DNA of 64,000 nucleotides from Balanoglossus misakiensis (GCA_040954595.2 CM082579.2:5080879-5144878), one strand, 5' to 3'. Shown: positions 25,101 to 38,755, counted from the first letter of the stretch. Program-made: numbers and translations. The notes: generated by a model not told the origin, from the sequence alone.

Positions 25101-28100
25101 CTGTTTTCTTCTTGTAAACAAGTCCACCTTTTTGGCCCACTCTTTTATTGTGTGCACTGCACATAAAACAATATCCTTTGTTTATCCCACTACTAGTGCA
25201 CTGCAGAATCACCAAGATGTCTATACAGTCCATTGACCCCCAGCCAATCCAAACCCCATTCAATGACCGTCCAGGGTTAACACAGCGAAAAAATGTCCCA
25301 GACACACTGCCTACCCTTATATTACACCACAGCGCATAACAAACAAACATACATTTCTATGGATACTTCAGATATATGCATGCACTACCGGCGAAATCTA
25401 AGCAGCACGTGATGGCTGACTTATTTCGTTTTTATCTCGAGAAAGGTCAATATTTTTTTCCACCGGCATCGAATTCCACCAATACCTCCGAAGATTGGTA
25501 TCTGTTTTGACTTGTCTGTGGAGGTCAGTCTCCTGTCGACCGATCATATAGGGACAGGAAGTGTCAGAAAAAAGGGCTTCTCAATCTCGACACGCGGGAC
25601 GATATGAAAAGAGCAGGGGTAACTCAAGTTCAGCTGGGAACAATGCTATTATTATGTTATTTACCTGTAGGGCTTATTAGTGAAATAGTTTGGAGATTAC
25701 GGAGTGTAAAATAAACCGTGAGGTCATCCACTCACCGACTGGAATCAGTTGTCGAGTCCTGGTTCGAAGGGTGTTGCTCCACTGATAGTCCCATTACGAA
25801 GAAACAGCGACCGTCACTAGGTGACTCAGGTGGACTGGTCATGGTAGTCAATCGCAGAGTTTATATCACACATTAAAAAATTGTCTCCTTAAAGAAACAT
25901 TTTGAACACGATGTCACACGGCGGTGCTGAATTTATCACTTTTGCAGCCCCTCTACCAGGTTGCTAGCATTTCCGCTCTGGAATGTGCATAGTGGTCGGA
26001 ACGACCTCTCCTCCATTTCAACACATACAGCCAATTTCAGACCGCAGGGTGGAAGACGTCTGAGCTATATCACATCGTAAAAACAACACATCAGTCTGAC
26101 GCGGGATCAAACTTTCAAAGTGAAAGACAAAAAAAGGGCAATCCACCCTCCACGGCACGGCCAGAATGGAGCGATTTGCATGACAAAAACTGGGTTTGGT
26201 TTGATGCCAGTATTTAATTGATGCAAATCGATGGCACAGACATTGTTTTCTTGTATTGGCTGTGAGGACAAAAAGTTACCCTCACAAAAGATCTCAACAA
26301 GAGATGACACTGTAGGTTTCAATGGCTTGAGTGGATGATCACTTAGTCGTAATATTTAACACATATATTGGATGTGGCGTGGCAACTTGAATTGGCGTGG
26401 TTTAGATAAACTGGTACAGGTGGTAGGTCCAACATAAGAATAGAAGATGTTATTTGAGAGATGTCATAAACATAACCAATGCAAAGTGCAGCAGGTCAAT
26501 GCCAGCCTTGCAGTGCAAATGTTTCATATAGCGTTGTCTAGATCGGACATACGCTTGAAATGGACTGGCCAAATAATTTTGGACAAAATCAAATAAAAAC
26601 ATCTCAAGGTACCTGCAACTTGCATGGGATACTGAACTGTACAATTAGTACTGTGGATGGGTGAAAACAATTGACTGTAATTACACCACAGTTCAAACAT
26701 GGCAGCCAACACTTTGCCTCGATCATCCCCGTTTGAATTTTGGGGTTGTCGGAAGGCACCACATAGGCGTACATTCTTGGGTGAGGTTCATCGCCGACAG
26801 CAAGAGAGAAAAACATACTTGTAAAAATTTATGAGCCACATGTGAATCCTGTAGCAGACCATAAACTCTAACGCACTCCCCACACATAAAATAAAGTTTA
26901 AATCAATTTGTAGTTTATAGCAGCAAATTTCAGTGTTTGGTGTTGAGCACTCTCACAGTAGACACAGTAATTCAGGTACTGATGCAAGGTCCTTGCCTGG
27001 GGGGCATGAGCCCAGCCAAGCATTCAAAATGGATTCGTCAAGCCGTGAATGGCCAGAAAATCCCATCCCTGTGGACATTAAAAGCGCAACTTAGAACAGC
27101 TCGTGTGAAACCACAGCCCCAAGACCAGCGCATACTTTGTTCTTTCGCACGGTGTGGAAATTCTGACGTGGCAATTCACCAGAGCCCTGTTTTATTCTCT
27201 GGTAATTAACCGACTGAAGAAGACTACAATTAATGACAGCAGACAACTTCAGACACAATGCCAGATAATACAGCACTTTAAAGGCAAAGCAGTAAAAATA
27301 CTTCCCTCAAAAGATCATGAAAATTCCACAACTGAGCTGGCAGGCAAACATTAAATGCTCTGTTTGATCCTAGCAACCGTGCTTCTCAACTGCAATAGAC
27401 GTCTGGCTCAGAATTTACAGTGTCACGTACTGAAAAGTATCTGGAGCAGCAAAGAAAAGAACAGGGCCCATGACATGATTGATGGAATCATGGTCCCACG
27501 ACGACGTGACCGATGGAATCTTGAACTGAGATAGCCGGCACTAAGCACGTCCTGTCATCTCCACTTCGATGTTGCAAACACCTATTTGCTCCACAAAAAG
27601 TCACGATGACCATCCCCTTCACTCAAGTGCTTGACAGAAAGCAGAGGTCAAGAGTAAAGGTCGCCCGTCAAGTACGGCATGTGCAGCATCGCATCAGAAA
27701 GGGCAAAGGTCACGCTGTGAGATGCGGATTCTTCAATACAGTCACTGAAGCGATGTTACATCTCATCTGCTCTTTGAGGAGTTGCAACACTGGCTTCTAT
27801 TCAACTGTGAACCTCAAAAACATGCAAGGCTGTCAGACTCCTATCAGTCACTTCGGACAGCTCTCCGTCGACCTCGCCTCTGCAACTCCAAACCTACTCA
27901 CCCACAGAAAACAACAACAAACACATCAACCACGCATCGGACAACTCTACAAATACAAACAAATTGCTCCCAAAGAAAAGCTGCCACTCATGGCTCTAGG
28001 ATGCCACTGGCCTTTAACACATACTTCAGCGCTAATCAACAGGTGGTTTCGTTATCACACAATGTCGTAAACAGAACCACTGTTGTATCACGACACTCAC

Positions 28101-29675
28101 ACTGCTGTGAGACACTAACCTTGACCTTGAAGATCCACACAAACACACATTTCAGTCCTTAGCATACCTTTGCAAGAAGTCGTATAAAAGAGATGACCAG
28201 CTCAGAGCATCTACATCAGATCAGACAAGCGATGGCGGGCAAACAGATGCGGTAGTGTACAAGCATAGACAGGTACAAGTGTGTGAGCATCTACTGATAA
28301 CTCAAGACACACACAAACTTTTTTCAAACAAAGCGTTCAAACAAATATATGTATATACTAGAAACATCTTGTTTGAGGTCATCAACACAAAACAAACAGG
28401 TAGGAAGAAATGATAAGTCAAAGAGATGCTATAATCTGCAACAACTGGCTAAAACAAACACAATACTGTTTAATGTCAACATTACCTCATTTCAACTGTA
28501 AAGTTTACAGACCTCAGTTCTACCCATGTTCTACTGGACAAACAAGATCCCAGTTTGATTACAGCTTTAATAGCCGGCAAACAAGGTGATAATAAATGTG
28601 TATTCTGTCAATAATTCACAAAACAGACTACACGATATGATACGATACGCCTCTTTAAGCCATCACAGTTCTGGTGAAACACACCCAATTTTAGGAGGAA
28701 AAAATTAAGTTGGAAAGACCGAGGTACACTGAAACTTGCTAACGGGCGAGAAATATTTTTATGACAGGATGAAGCATGTTGTCTTGTAGTTGTTTCATTG
28801 TTGTTTGAGACAGGATAATGACAGTAGGCACCAGGAATTGTGAAGACAATTAAGAGAGAGATGGTGATCCCCCTCCTGTCCTGGGCTGACAGAGTTCAGG
28901 CCACCACACGAAACAAACAATTTAAATCCAATAAATCTTGAATATGAAAGACGCCGCAGCCCGTCTGGCTGATAACGAATTATTGTGCCTTGCATCAGAA
29001 AATAAATATTGATCGTTTAGATGATTGTTCAGAGGTTGAAGGTCAATCGCAAATGTTGGATGTTTCTCCCCTATCAAACCCAGTCACGAGATAATAATGA
29101 GGCAATTAGTAAATACACAGTCACTAGGGGTAACTTCCGATCTCTGGACGAGATGCTACAATCATGACACTGAGAACCAGGCTAGAAAAAAGTTGAGACT
29201 AGTAATGCCATAGGTTACCAGGAGGTCAGGGTGTACCGGTCAAATTTATGTCTCCAATATTTTGCATAAAAATCTACTGTATTCAATATGTGACCCTAAC
29301 ACACCTTGAAATATCTCTGTGTGTGTATGTGTGTTGACAGTGTGTTTGTGTGCAAATGATGAGTTGGATCCAATGCACAAAACCTATTAGTAATGAATTA
29401 TTTCCATCAGGTTTTGTGGACAGGAATCGCAATGTTTTCAATGAGATGAAATATTGTAATCTGCTAAAACCGTATTGAAATGATTTAATGCATGTGTGTC
29501 AATATGAACTCTGACAGGCTTTATGCAGTCTGCAGATTAACACACACACAATGAGTGACGTGGTAAAAATCATATTGAATCCATCGTCTCTAAAATATTT
29601 CATGGCGCTATTAAGAATCAATATAAACATGATGGAACTGCTGACGTTATGAGACACGTAGAGCTGGGATTAGGC

Positions 29676-29864
29676 CAATCTGACTAAAATCAGATGTAGA
29701 GTTAGGTGCTGGCGATAATTTTGGCTATTTGCTGTTCTGTTATCTGTCTAGGCTGTCTTGGGCATACGCTCCACTCCAATGTGGGCCCCGTTCCGAACAG
29801 AACAGTCAAGAATCACCAAAAGTAAAGATGGCGCCTAACTCTACATCTGATTTTAATCAGATTG
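29676..29864. mobile_element. MITE (189 bp) with about 34-bp TIRs and 9-bp TSD
   Basis: CAATCTGACTAAAATCAGATGTAGAGTTAGGTGC versus GCGCCTAACTCTACATCTGATTTTAATCAGATTG (2 mismatches); flanked by GGATTAGGC at 29667-29675 and 29865-29873. An alternative boundary gives a 7-bp TSD. Confidence 0.85.
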
Positions 29865-29893
29865 GGATTAGGCTGAAGAAATGAATGGCTCAC

Positions 29894-30042
29894 CTTTGTA
29901 AAGTTAATGTAATTGTGTTGAAGGCACTTTGAATCAGCTGCTCGGCTTCTGATTGCGCGGCACACTGGACATCGTTGACTTCGAGCACCGTGTCGCCTAC
30001 TTGCAGAGAGTCCGATAGATGGGCTTTGCTGCCTTCTTCAAT
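29894..30042 (-). CDS. SHROOM: Shroom-family PDZ protein, exon 2 (C-terminal half of PDZ)
   Basis: ctccgcag|IEEGSKAHLSDSLQVGDTVLEVNDVQCAAQSEAEQLIQSAFNTITLTLQ-AG|gtgagc; 149 nt, ends in phase 2. Resembles SHROOM3 VEEGGKA..LQAGDEVVHINEV..EAVSLVKGSYKTLRLVVR. Confidence 0.88.
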
Positions 30043-33000
30043 CTGCGGAGAAAACAAAAAATAAAACTGATTAAAAAACACTTCCTTGCTTTTAGAATGA
30101 AAATAATCTACCAACTGGATTGAAATTTGAAGTTTTTAACGCTGGCTGTTAAGCGATGCTTGTACCACGGGCGGGTAGGCAGGTAGGTCGGTATGCAGCG
30201 CTTGTTCACAGATATGAATGATAGGTTTCAGCAATGATAACAAAAGAATGTTGTTGTTTTTCCGAGGAAAAGATACATCTTGTTAGCGGTGTAATTATGT
30301 AATAACATGTCTGGGACAGTGAAGATCGGGAGCCGCGATAGGTAGAAAATGATCCACACATAGGTTCTGCTTCTCACAAGCTAGCGACGACAAATAATAT
30401 TTAAACGGTCCTTATCAGTATGTGCCTTTAAAATGCACTTGGCAGACCACAGACCAGCGGGGAATCGACATGACACTGCAATCAAAGTTGAGGGGGGGAA
30501 AATTTTCAGACTAGAGATGCTCACGGATGCTACAGCCACTGAGACTTGTCCACACTGGTGACCAACACACAAGGAGCTACCTCTCTTGGAGAACCAGCGT
30601 CCTTGACTGACCCGTCCAGCAGGTGGACCAACTGGATCCTTAATCTGATGTTCACTGACCAATATCGATCCGCTCTGACCCAACCATGTTGAGTCGCGCC
30701 GGCCCGGTTTTGCGCCAGTTCTTATCTCAGACTCAGGTCAGCACCTGAAATATTTCTAAACCTCTCCACCGAGCTTCCACACTTCCAGTGTAACGTTTTC
30801 GAACCGACAAACACACAATGCCACTTGCAGTAAAAACACCGCAAATTTAAAACCAGTTGCCGTGATACACAGCTGACGACTACACCGGCCATTCCTGGAG
30901 TGGTTGAAATTCTGTCGTCGTCACCAATAAACAGGAAAAAGAATAAACTGCAGATTTACACAGTGCCCACCAGTTCTCTCTCTCTTAATATTCTGCGGTA
31001 TATCTAAGGCAATAAATTGTTTCATTTAATTCACTACATCACAAGAATTACATCAAGAATGTACTCTGTGGTCTACCGGTCTCATTAAAACCAAAGACCG
31101 CCTATGCGCCCAAATGAATTAACTTCCCCTTGTGTTAATGAAAACTCTGCATTTTCGACATAACCGTATTTCTAATCTCTGGCAAAATTTAACACCTTCA
31201 TTGGGGTGGCCACTTCACATTCTTCGGGTGTCAAATGTCTTTCATATCATAAAGCTTCAATTTTAAAGAAGCCCTAATGTCAAAGGACCATATTTGTTGA
31301 CATGGGCATTTCAGTCTATAGATAAAACAATTGGCTGTTGTCTTGTGCATAGAACTGTTTATTGGGAAACAAAGGTTCAGCTGTACATACATGCAATATA
31401 CAGTATGCCCCTATAAATAAATTACTCTTATTTAATTTCTGTTTAACCTCTCGTTTGATTTGTAAAAAAATAAGCCAGAATTTTATCAGAATGTGGTATA
31501 AATAAAAATTAAATTGAAGTATGGTATTATGTTATTTGAAACAAAAATTTAGAATCAGATCAAATGACGATTCCTACACAAAGTCACGGTTTTTGGATGG
31601 AATTCGAACAGCGCGAACACCTTTGGAGTTTATCTCTTGGGACCTGGTAATCTCTCTGCAAAGTTGCCCGCATTATATGTTTTTCAGATTTGATAAACCA
31701 TCTAAATTCCGTGCATTCCAGACGGATCCCAAATTAGATAAACAAGGAATTAAAATATAACCTTTTAAGGCGACGGCACTTCACGGGACGCTTGAAAGCG
31801 TCCCAAGCAGCAGAAGGGCTGTTGCCAATGGTAACAGCACTGGAAACACCTGGTCCACTTCTCATTGTGGGAAAAATTCTGAACCACATTCTATGCCTCT
31901 TGAATAAATATAACATTTGCACATTTTAATTTTTAATAGATTTTTTTTCGCTGCATAAAACGAGGAAAAACATAAATTTTTTATTTAGTAATATTTTCAA
32001 GTCTGATTTATAGTTTAAAATTTAGGATGGCTTAATGCCATCTGGTTTATCATTTGATCAAATGTACTTATGTATAACTGTAGTTTTTTTTTTACAAGAA
32101 ATGTTACAATGTTGGATCTATATCAGAGAAATTATGGGGGTATTAAACAGTCTATGGCTCATATTATCATGGATATTCAACTGGACATTCAGGGGATAAT
32201 TTATTTTCTTTTCTGAGAAATTCACACAATGGCAAACTTGCCAGTCCCCTCAAGGTGAACTCTCGTTTAATAAAAACGGTGACCTCTTGGTTCCGTGTAT
32301 GCAAATTGTGGTTTGAATCGCCGCAAAAGTGGTTTTCAATGCGGTGGGCAAAGCACCCCCCGACATATGTTTGGAGTATCACGGCAACCAGTCTCCAAGC
32401 GATGGCCTAAGCCGACGCAGGTATGACGGAATCGTTGAACTCTTGCCATGCATTTATCATTAAAAGTTCTGCAGGGCTCTTCCTTATTACAAAAAGGAAA
32501 GCATATGCCCCAAAATCCTTGCAATGTAACCAAAGACAAGACGTGCAAGAAAGAAATTATAACACAGTAGGAATCATAATTAGATAAAACTCACTTGGCA
32601 CCTTCAATGTAAACAGACCACTCATGTCTGACAGTATAAACTCCTTGTCTTACACACAAATTAAACTACATTTTGCAATCCGTTCCATCGTCCAGAGTGA
32701 TTTCAGACCTATAGCTGAATCCTCTATGAGCATTGCCTCCACTGGGACATGTAAATTGACCATCCTCCAAATCATCTCATTATCTACCTCACACAAGACC
32801 TTTCCTGTCTCTCATCAAGTCCACGGAAACCTTGAAAACAGCTCCTTTTATCCGCTTCTATTTTGTTAACAGATCAGTGGCCACTCACAGCCGAACTCCA
32901 TGGCAGTGGCATTAACATTGCATTACTGCGAGGTTTTTTGTTCTGTAAGGTAAACCCAATCAGGTGTCTTTCATCGGCCAGACAAAACTATAACCAACAA

Positions 33001-34189
33001 ACCCATCTGTTTACAATGGACGTCTCTGCACGCATACACAAATTTTATCCTTGCAGTTTGTATCTCTATTGAGGCAAGGTTGACTTTGAAAGTATTCTAA
33101 TTGTCCACTGGAATGCGGTATTACCTTGCACGTCTTTTATCATAACAAATGTTGAAATCCAGACAAGCGATCAGTACAGGGTGGGAGGTTGGAATTACAT
33201 GTACAATGGACCCATCTTATCTCCAATATCTCTCTCCCTCTCAAATCTTACACCCGTAATTACCAAAGTGCAGAACTAGAGGCTTAGACAACCAAACCAA
33301 AATATTAAAATCTGTGATAATTTAGATGCAGAGACATACCTGCTGAGCAGCACTGTACCAACAAGTGGAAATTCTTTTCTACTCAGGCAGAAAATAATCA
33401 TTTCCAATCTAGTACCAGTTCTACCTATCCAGTGGCAGCGCAAGGCAAATTCATTTATGTTTCTGGGAAGTCAAACAAACTGGCTGCCACAAAACCATCA
33501 TGGTGGTTAAAAAATGACAGAGTTGCTCAACAGGAATGTGGATTTATGACAAATCCTTGTCTAAAAATTAACAATTATCAGTCTGTCAACTTTTAATCTA
33601 GATGATTGATGGATCTAAAGGCACCCTGATTCCTAGGTGCCTCTGCAAGTTACTGATTTCATACAGATTACCTCACTCACTGTTGACACTGTCGACTATT
33701 TTTCTGCTGCTTAAAATTCCAGGCTGGCAAACCATTAAATATGAAATTAACTGGTTTGAAAATGGCGGCTGTTGGCGGTGGCAACGCTCGCATATAAACT
33801 AAACTTTTGGTGTGTACCTACCATCTTTGAGGAGCCTTCACTCTCCCTGCCCAAGACAGTCACTGAACATTCACTGTGTGTGTACTCCTCTTTTAAAAGC
33901 TATGAGTGATTAGTCAGGGTGACCCATTGCTAGTATTAGTACTGGTGCTTAGGTTACACAAACTGTATCAGGATACACTTGTTCTGAATACCAAGAACAT
34001 GGGCTGCGTGTATTAAATAGCAAATTCTACGCAAAACTGTTTTGATGTGTTCAACTTTTAGTTTCCACACCTCATTTGATGACACATCACTTCGATACAC
34101 ACAATTACCTGACATAGGTGAAATAACCTAAGACGTTATAAACAGCATGAATTATATTACATAGAAAACACACGTGTGAGATTATTGCA

Positions 34190-34484
34190 TCATGGCTATC
34201 ATGTCACACATTATCATGTTGTAACTACCCTGGCAACAGCAAAACATACCCTAGCAGCCAATCAGAAGCAAACCCATAATGGATACAGTCTATACTATTC
34301 AGTGAACATGACTCAGAGGTTTTACCATGGAAACGCAAGTTTTCTTGTGCACCGCCATGGCAATGGCCAATCAGGTGTTGTGTTTCATACATGAGAGTTT
34401 CTGTTCCGCAAAACATAATCAGGGTTCTAAATATACTGCGAGAAGATGAGGTTAATCATTATTACCATGGAAACTGCCAATCAG
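34190..34484 (+). promoter_or_regulatory. Cluster of RFX X-box-like sites and CCAAT boxes
   Basis: ACCCTGGCAAC 34227, TTACCATGGAAAC 34322 and 34462, GCCATGGCAAT 34354; CCAATCAG at 34258, 34367 and 34477. Confidence 0.45.
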
Positions 34485-36471
34485 ACTTGCGGCTTTGCAA
34501 ATGCGAGGAGGTGATTACCGAAAGCCATGATACAGTTTTTCATAATCAAACTATAGATGATGTATAGCCGTCCTGGTAGAACCAACATCTAAAATATTTC
34601 ATTATCAAAAGTGTATATGCTCCAGACAAACTCATGACTCAATTTGGGGGTGGGTGTAGCAATACGTGCCGGTATCTACGTAAACACTCAGAAGCAAATG
34701 CAGTGACACGGTTACCACACTCTGGACATGACGTGGCAATATCACTGCTGCGGTACATGCACACACGTGTGGCAAATTTATACACTGTTTTGCTGTGAAC
34801 AAGAAATCAATAAAACATTACATTTTCAAAGTCTAATAATGGTTTGAGCCTTTACCTCTCATTCACACCATTCGGAATAACTTTGTTATTTCTGGATACA
34901 GATGAACAACTTCTAACGCAATTTATCTGGTGTGCAGACAAAAATGCACGACCACAGCCATCAATTTTAAGGCACATAAACAGTTTACCTGTTACACCTG
35001 TGTTGCTTGGAATGTGTTTACAGTCAAAACAAGGCCTCCACTACCGTGTCTGCTAACGTGGAGTGACACGATGCCTTGAAATTCCTCACAGCAACCCCCC
35101 TCGCTGATCCGTAAACCAACGAACACCGACCGCAGCGTCGGCTGTATTTTCGTCAACACAAGCGTACATGCAACGGTCAAATAGCGCTCAGTCAGCCGGC
35201 AAAAGTGTGAGAAAATAACCCCCCTCTGACAGATAATTAGGGTGTCCACACACTGGGAGTAATCAAGGGTAACGCCCTGTGGACCACTGCACTGCGCCGC
35301 TTACAACAGGGATGTTTTCCAAAAAATCACCAAAACTGAACTGTTTTTCTGAAAACTAGTGCATCCGATTTGACGTACGTGTATATATCTACTGGTCAGA
35401 ATCTCATAGAGTACTTATTTTCTGAGCAAGTGTACCAGTGCCATTTTAGCACAGATCGTGGTCATTTCAACACCACTGAACGCAAGCCAACAATATGTGA
35501 ACGTGAGAACACAAATAAAACGAAACTCAAATCTAGAGTGACAACACCAAAGACTTACCACGGCAACAGGAGGCACCAAAAACCGACCAGAAACCCCTCG
35601 TTGTCGAATGCGGTGACCCACCCGGTTACGTTCCTCAAACATCAAACTGATAAGAGTCCCACGGAAGAAGTTGCCGGGTCCACCATATGAAACTCTTATT
35701 ATTAAAAGTAACACAATGCGACACGCATGCAGCCCCTACAAAAGTCTAAGGTGAGCGGGGTCACATAGCCCGCATACCGATCTAAATACGTAATAAAAAC
35801 CACGCTACAAACAATTACATACGTACACCTGGTTACAGACCTACGCGTCAAAACAAGTTGCGATCTATGTGTCACACATGAACAATTGCCAGCAACCCAC
35901 TTCTTTTTTGTGTGTGTGTGCGACGAAAAATAATTTATTTCCACTGTGGTTGGCATATTTTTATCAACTTCATTATCGCACTTATGATATGGATTAATTT
36001 CAAAGTGCTTCTGTCAATACAACCAGACTGGATAGGTGGCAGGGAAATTGAACGTTAGGTGTATTCAGCAAGCCTGGATAATTGTTATTTCCAACTTTCC
36101 ATACTTAACCGTCGATTGTGTGATCAACCGGCCGGTTTCTACAATGCAAAGGGCGGGGAACGAAAAAAAACAGGGCCAAAACCAAAGTTCAGACAAAAAT
36201 TTTATCAGTTGAGCCGATAAAACGAATAAAATAATCATCAGGTTGATACTGAACACAAATAGAGTGCAAACAAAGCTATTGAGAGGCGCATACCGACATG
36301 TACTCATTTCGGTGAGAACTATTTGAAAAACAGGATTATAAATGTCTTTGTTTTTCTCAGGTCTGGGGCAAAGAACTACTCAGTATCCCCAGTTAAACTT
36401 TACCTTCTATACAAGAGAAGACATTTCTACCTTTGACAAAGTGTGCCACTAATATCATGGTTATAAAATTA

Positions 36472-36784
36472 AGCAATAAAACACCCCCAGCCATGGTATA
36501 CCACGAGATTTTGACCAGTTCACGACATATACGCACGAGCGATAGCGAGTGCGTATATGGAGTTGAACTGGTCAAAATCGAGTGGTATACCATGGCTGGG
36601 GGTGTTTTATTGCTATTATATTATGCCAGTATATTGAAACTTTGCATAAAACATTTTTAAAAGGCATTTTCTTTGACTATGATATATGACTGTGGTATAT
36701 GGCTAATATATCACGGTCACGTGTCGTGTCTCGACCAATCAAATAGCGTGATTTACACCATCAATATACTGGTGTAATATAATA
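36472..36784. mobile_element. Double-hairpin non-autonomous element (possibly Crypton-like)
   Basis: Near-perfect 143-bp palindrome 36472-36614 centred on GCACGAGCGATAGCGAGTGC, plus a second inverted pair 36614-36637 / 36761-36784. The structure is seen directly; the family assignment is from memory only. Confidence 0.7.
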
Positions 36785-38633
36785 ATCAATTTCATATTTG
36801 TTAATTGTAGATCAGACTATTAATTACTCTTCACAAAAAATTAAGTTTAAAATTTAAAAAGTCATAAAATGTGAAATTAGGCACCCCAAAATGTTCCTAT
36901 TTTTTGGCAGAGCAAATTTGATAATAGAGAACTTTTCCCATCCAGTATTTACATGAAAAGGGGAAGTTAAATACTTGATTTGCGTCAACTGTCCGTCCCA
37001 TTCTCTGATTAACATTACAGTCATTGTGAGCCTTTGACTGCCATAACCTGCCTTGCATTGCACACCTTGATTTGTGTTTGATCATTTACAGGCTTTTGTG
37101 ACAAGGACAATTTAGGCTACCTACAAGGACAGTCTCTCAGCTTAAGTAGCTTAATTAATTAATTCTCTCCAGGGACACGTTATTGTGTCAGACTAAGCTG
37201 GATAATATACTTGAGTAGCCCATCATCTTCATGGCCGTGGCAAAGAATGGAACTGATGCTATCTGACAACAGGACCATTTATTAGAAAAACAATTATTTT
37301 TGGTCAGAAAACACAGTGGAAAGCAGTCCTTAAGAATGCTTAAAACTTTCCATCTTGCCTTGCCTTCATTACTGAGTTGATCATGACAAATTCCACTTTA
37401 AGAGTTTACTTCATAGGTTTTCTATCATTACAAAATTTACACTCAGTCTGTCATTTTTCGCTTTCAATGTCATGACCTGTACAGTACCCTCGTGGGAATA
37501 ATCTCTGAATGTCGATCATGCATTTTTTATGCAATAGAATGCAATGTCCCTGGTTGTATGGTAATCAGTAAAACTGACAGGCAGAGAACAATATTACTCT
37601 ATTCTTCACTGCATTACGCACCATGCAATTTGGCCGGTGTCTGGCATTGGTCTAAGGACAAAAGGCTTTTTTCCTGTTTACTCATCAAAGGACAGTCAGG
37701 AAGGTCTGTCACACGGCCTGGAATTGCGTCTTCACTAATTTTGTTCCCAGAAATCTGGGTTAAATTGCGCTGAGAATTAAAAGACTTCTCCAAATGACGT
37801 CACGGTTGCATCAGAGAACAGCATGTTTTCACTGATCAAGGTCAACTTAATTCTGAGAAGAACGGCAAGCATTTGCGCCCTGAAGGTGGCACTTGTTTTC
37901 AAATACACTGAATGAGAACATTAAGATTCTTTTTTCCTTTCTCAATTGACGTCCACTTTAATGCTAAACAGGACCAGTTGTGGGTGCTCTGCGGGACTCC
38001 AAAGATGATTACAGAAGTGACGAAAACATCCTTTATTTCCCGGTAACAGAGAACACTTGTTCAAGGTTTTGTTGTCTCCTTTTTTTCTTTGGGGCATTCA
38101 GGTTGTCACGCATGCTTAGCACGCTACCAGTAGAAGATGAGAGCTCTGTGAGATCAACTACTTCCTGACTCAGATAACGGTCACATTTTCATTCTATGTT
38201 TATACTAATTGAAACCATCGTTTTGGCACAGCCAAGCATACAAAGAGTTTTTCTCTACAGCAGATGTGCATTTGTACCTAGCATTCTGCCCGGGGAGTTT
38301 AATTTTGAGGAACCCAATGTTCCCAGAACAGCGCCCTCTATGTTTTACGGATTACTCAGTCTCTGATTGGTTATTTTACAACACTTCTAATGCTGTGAAC
38401 ATTTCTGCCCCTCAGTAGCTGTTAAGCTTTTAGAAGCACCACTTGGTATACAGATTCCTTCACTTGTATTTTCAGGTGTTCCTATTAAACACCCACATAT
38501 AGTCTCCATGATAAAGGAACGCTTTGTGAAGCAAGATTTCTGGCATGTCCTGTTTCCCTGTCTGCACAGATTCTAATCACTTGACATTTACTGATTCCTG
38601 TGAAGTAGCCCGACTCTCCGGTACGCAAAAACA

Positions 38634-38755
38634 CCAATTCGGCTTCCCCTTTGTTTCAAATCACGACCAGACCCACTCCACTGTACCCTCACCGCCAATT
38701 CGGCTTCCCCTTTGTTTCAAATCACGACCAGACCCACTCCACTGTACCCTCACCG
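38634..38755. repeat. Perfect 61-bp tandem duplication
   Basis: CCAATTCGGCTTCCCCTTTG...CTGTACCCTCACCG twice (38634-38694, 38695-38755). Confidence 0.95.

Larger units (their letters stand above)
1..29893 (-). other. Shroom intron 2 region; no recognisable common exon 3 in the window
   Basis: GTGAGC donor at 29893; no downstream Shroom-like (ASD1/ASD2) coding sequence recognised before the window edge. A small divergent exon could have been missed. Confidence 0.55.

Noticed and set aside
25720-25780. GGTTCGA B-box-like motif suggesting a tRNA or SINE
   Set aside because: No cloverleaf or properly spaced A box could be built.
27606-28162. Overlapping 154-aa and 126-aa plus-strand ORFs
   Set aside because: CA-rich low-complexity sequence lacking stops; no domain.
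31400-32170. Very AT-rich block, possible transposon remnant
   Set aside because: No TIR, TSD or coding remnant could be identified.
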